Of a stretch of 64,000 bases of DNA, positions 60,600 through 64,000 are shown one piece after another. The first letter of the stretch is position 1, and every line of letters begins with the position of its first letter. The stretch spans positions 19,964,001 to 20,028,000 of the forward strand of contig CM060734.1 in the NCBI GenBank assembly GCA_030704615.1, in the 5' to 3' direction. The notes under the pieces were generated by a model. The model was not told where the DNA came from and ran no database searches. It saw only the letters and a list, made by a program, of their open reading frames with translations. The translations under genes were made by a program, and so were the position numbers. This DNA comes from Takakia lepidozioides (taxonomy: Eukaryota > Plantae > Bryophyta).

Positions 60600-61075
60600 T
60601 GTTTCGACTAATTGAGGGAAATAAGAGGTGGACATCACTTGGAGCCTGGAGGCACAAGAAAAATTTAGACTCCAATGTCAACTAAGCCCAGTACATGTCA
60701 CAAGAGGTCTTCTTAAGAGCAGCAATCTTTTTAGGGTCAAAATGCCTTACCCTCCTGTCATTGAAGAATTGCCTCCAAGCTACACTCAATGCAAATATTG
60801 TTGGACCACCTTGGTCTATAATGATAGAATCCACCATCTCATGCTCACCAAGATTATACTTTGGGATAATCCCAAAGGGGGATATACATAATTGTCCGTT
60901 TTGCACCACATGAAGTGGTTGCAAAAGTCTTTTACTTCCTCCCTTTGTTCCACCTGCACCAATTTGACATAACATATAAACTCATTAGTTCATAGTTTAC
61001 AATGATATTTGTGGTTCTATACAAACAGCCATGTTCAATGGCTAATTGAAAGATAATGTAAAAATTCTCCTTAGG
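60600..61075 (-). mobile_element. Degraded Ty1/copia RT-RNase H remnant
   Basis: Minus strand ALRRILHYL, and later PTIF..RVRHFD resembling copia PT.I..R.KHID; heavily frameshifted. Confidence 0.35.
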
Positions 61076-61789
61076 GCCATGGAGTGCCTGTGTGTGAGAA
61101 AGAAAGAAAGCTAGAAAGAAATTTATAACGTCTAGAGAGTCAGAAAGAGAGAGACGTTCAGAATGAAAGAACTTCTAGGGATTACAACAATCTTACATTA
61201 CAATTAATTGCAACATTCAGTGGTAGTGATGTGGAAAGAGTGGTTGAGACAAAGATGTGAAGCCTACAAGGAAAAGCATGTCTTACTTTTGTTTACGCTG
61301 TTGCATTTTGACAACGTGTATGCAATTTTGATAGGAACAAAAAAAAAACCTCATCAATCAGTTCCGAACCAGTTTAAAATAGGATGTCTATCGAAAACTA
61401 TGACAGATCTTACGCATGTGTGTAGACCTGGGGGGGTGCACTTTTTATAAAATGTGCATATCACGTGCATTCACCTAATAAAAAAAACCCCCTGTATACG
61501 GGTCCTTGGATAATTTATACCCCCCTCTGTACATACTTTTTGAGGATTATAAAACCCTCTATTGTACATATATAAAAATTTACAATTTTTAAAAAGTACC
61601 CCCTTCTATATGTATATTCTCCTTTTCAATCATTAAAAAATCTCTCAAATACGTATATGTATGTTTTTACATTATATCAAGTTTATTCATTTAGAAACAG
61701 AATAAAATACAATAAATTAATTAAAAAAAATTGCCCTTGATAAGATTGTCAAAGACTTTCTTCTCATTGTAATTGTGTTTCCCTCCAAT

Positions 61790-62455
61790 GACAATGTCAC
61801 CATGCACCTCTTCCCCCTTTTCCAGGTCTGCCCAACAGTACTCCATTTGCATGGACTCTATGCACCAACTTTCTGAATCTTAAGGGTGAGCCAAAGCTCA
61901 GCCCTTAAATCACCCTCTCTGCACTAGACTTAATTCAAACTCAGGGGAGGGAACCCGACCTTTGCTCCATCACTATGCTCCATGACACCACATTGCATAC
62001 ACAGCCCCTTAGCTGCCCATCACTCCTTTGCATCTTACATATACCCACATTTGACATACATGTCCGCCAGGGCAGCTTTCATAATGACATCTGATACAAT
62101 CGCTACAGCTTTGACGATGCCACCGTGGACCTCTTCTCCAATCTCCAGGGCTGCCAAGCTTGTACATGTGCTCAGAGGTCTCCAAAGCCTCCCTCCGCTG
62201 CCCTTGTAGCGCTTATAGCATGCCACTATCATGCTCTATGACACCACATTCCGTTCAGCCATATTGCCCGACACCCCCTTTAATGCATCCTTCATGCACC
62301 CGCATTTGGCATACATGTCCACCACGGCACTGGTCAGATTGACATCTGATACAATCCCAGCTTTGATGATGCCACCATATACCTCTTCCTCATTTTCCAG
62401 GGCTGCCAGGATCGCACACGCATTGCAAACACAAACGAATGTGACTGGCCTGGGG
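61790..62455 (-). pseudogene. PLS-class PPR protein remnant
   Basis: VTFVCVCNACAILAALE..VYGGIIKAGIVSDV..AVVDMYAKCG..M.ERNVVS and a second L/S motif pair, with stops and frameshifts. Confidence 0.85.
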
Positions 62456-62937
62456 AAGAATACCAAATCATGGTACTAACAGGAGGCAAGAGCCCGCATT
62501 TCCAGGATGGACAAACTTCTTCACATCGTACCTTAAGAAAACACCACACCTTGCGACTGCAGTTGTCCCACCATCGTGAAGGATCTTTAAAAAACTTTTG
62601 CCAGCTCTGCTCCGTGCTGCAAATTCAGGGGCGCCGAGTGTGATGAGAGGGAAAAACAGGCTGAAATAGGTCGAAGAAGAAGGTGCCCTCACCACATTGT
62701 TCTTGACCTTGTGTTGTGACCCATGGAGGATTTGACCTCCCATCAATCCCAAAAGGATCTCTTATGTGCGCTGTTGATGGCTGTGATCAGGTAATGTCGG
62801 ATTGGTCTTTGAGAACCACCACGGTGCAACTGAGCAAGCAGAGATTGAAACACGGCCTGCTAAGACCAAGCTGACCCTCCCAAGAACCTTGTAAACATCA
62901 GGAAGAATACCATGCCCTGCGGTCGACCACCCACCCA

Positions 62938-63125
62938 CGAACGCGGGAGAGGAGGGGAGAGAGAGGAAAGGAGAGGAGGGAAAGGAGAAAGCCCGCGGGA
63001 CGGAAGGCGAACGCGGGAGAGGAGGGGAGAGGAGAGGAAAGGAGAGGAAGGAAAGGAGAAAGCCCGCGGGAGGGAAGGCGAACGCGGGAGAGGAGGGGAG
63101 AGGAGAGGAGGGAAAAGAGAGAGCA
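62938..63125. repeat. Purine-rich tandem repeat (~70 bp x ~2.7)
   Basis: CGAACGCGGGAGAGGAGGGGAGAG..GGAAAGGAGAAAGCCCGCGGGA repeats. Confidence 0.85.
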
Positions 63126-63613
63126 AAAAAAAATGATATCGCGATTTGATCCCGCCGTGCATCGCGGCCTAAACGATGTCCTTACCACTAGACTACCCTT
63201 TAAAATTCAACAACCCCCTCCTGCAACAGTATATTTAACGTGTTTTAAACCCCCCTATTTATGTATAATGTTGTACATGGGGGGTTTAAACACTACAACA
63301 CACCCTATGTAATTTCGACGATTTTGTTTAACGTTGGCGTTGACTGTTGTCACTTTCGACTGTTCCAACCATTTTTCAGTCAAAATTTATATTAAAATAT
63401 TTGAGGTGCTAGACAACCGCGAAAATTTTGACTGTAGTGAGAAACTTTGACTACCTAAAATGAGCTGACTGAGACAACCAGTTAAGTAATGGCAAGTGTA
63501 ATCACAATATATAAATTATATAGCAATATATATGTGGATAATAAGAAGTAAAACAACTTAACTACGTTTTAACTGTCCCAGCTCATTAATAGTAAACTAA
63601 TCGTGTGCTGGTT

Positions 63614-63990
63614 AAGGTTAGTGAAACAAAACAACTAAATTATCTGAACGAATGATAAAAAAAAACGCCTTGCTGGCAGCTATTGGATGACCGTAGGAAA
63701 GGTTAGTGAAACAAGACAACTAAATTATCTGAACGAATGATAAAAAAAAACGCCTTGCTGGCAGCTATTGGATGACCGTATGAAAGATTAGTGAAACAAG
63801 ACAACTGAATTATGTGAACGAATGATAAACAAACGCCTTGCTGGCAGCTATTGGATGAACGTATGAAAGGTTAGTGAAACAAAACAACTGAACTATCTGA
63901 ACGAATGATAAACAAACGTCTTGCTGGCAGCTATTGGATGAACGTATGAAATATAATTTTTGTGCACTGGATGAACGTATGAATGAACGA
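63614..63990. repeat. Tandem repeat ~83-85 bp x4 plus a partial unit
   Basis: AAGGTTAGTGAAACAA(A/G)ACAACT..TCTGAACGAATGATAAA..ACGCCTTGCTGGCAGCTATTGGATGA(C/A)CGTA. Confidence 0.95.
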
Positions 63991-64000
63991 TAAATCAAAC

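Noticed and set aside
63150-63192. Helitron-like 3' hairpin plus CTAG
   Set aside because: Short stem, long spacing, CTAG followed by A rather than T, and no 5' end identified.
63614-63990. CRISPR-like appearance of the tandem arrays here and at 30253-30569
   Set aside because: Units repeat in full with no unique spacers, there are no cas genes, and the context is eukaryotic.

Overview
Land-plant nuclear DNA: spliceosomal introns, plant gene families and PLS-class PPR remnants; a non-seed plant is my inference. Two genes look intact: a multi-exon PI4-kinase beta (minus, 3834-13516) and a 3-KH BTR1/NOVA-like RNA-binding gene (plus, 21174-27885). Three are damaged: a GH9 endoglucanase pseudogene with a gag fragment inside exon 2, a PLS-PPR remnant, and a 16-kb gene of unusual architecture (B-box + 'WxPDVxDP' motif + TPR-like helices). 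The fourth-exon side of that gene follows a ~9.9-kb third intron holding a nest of LINEs, and a later intron holds a SINE and a captured YebC/TACO1 exon. The most notable items are: (1) a transposase-less cassette bracketed by CACTA-like termini (51186-57992) encoding three divergent FCP1/NIF HAD-fold domains that lack the DxD catalytic motif, each starting at a phase-0 acceptor like an alternative exon; (2) an APE-RT-CCHC LINE family with essentially no 3' UTR that inserts at TCT-led pyrimidine tracts, including into itself, with TSDs readable at three insertions; (3) a tRNA-derived SINE sharing its 3' tail with a local L1 family. All calls come from manual reading of the sequence; no database search was run.
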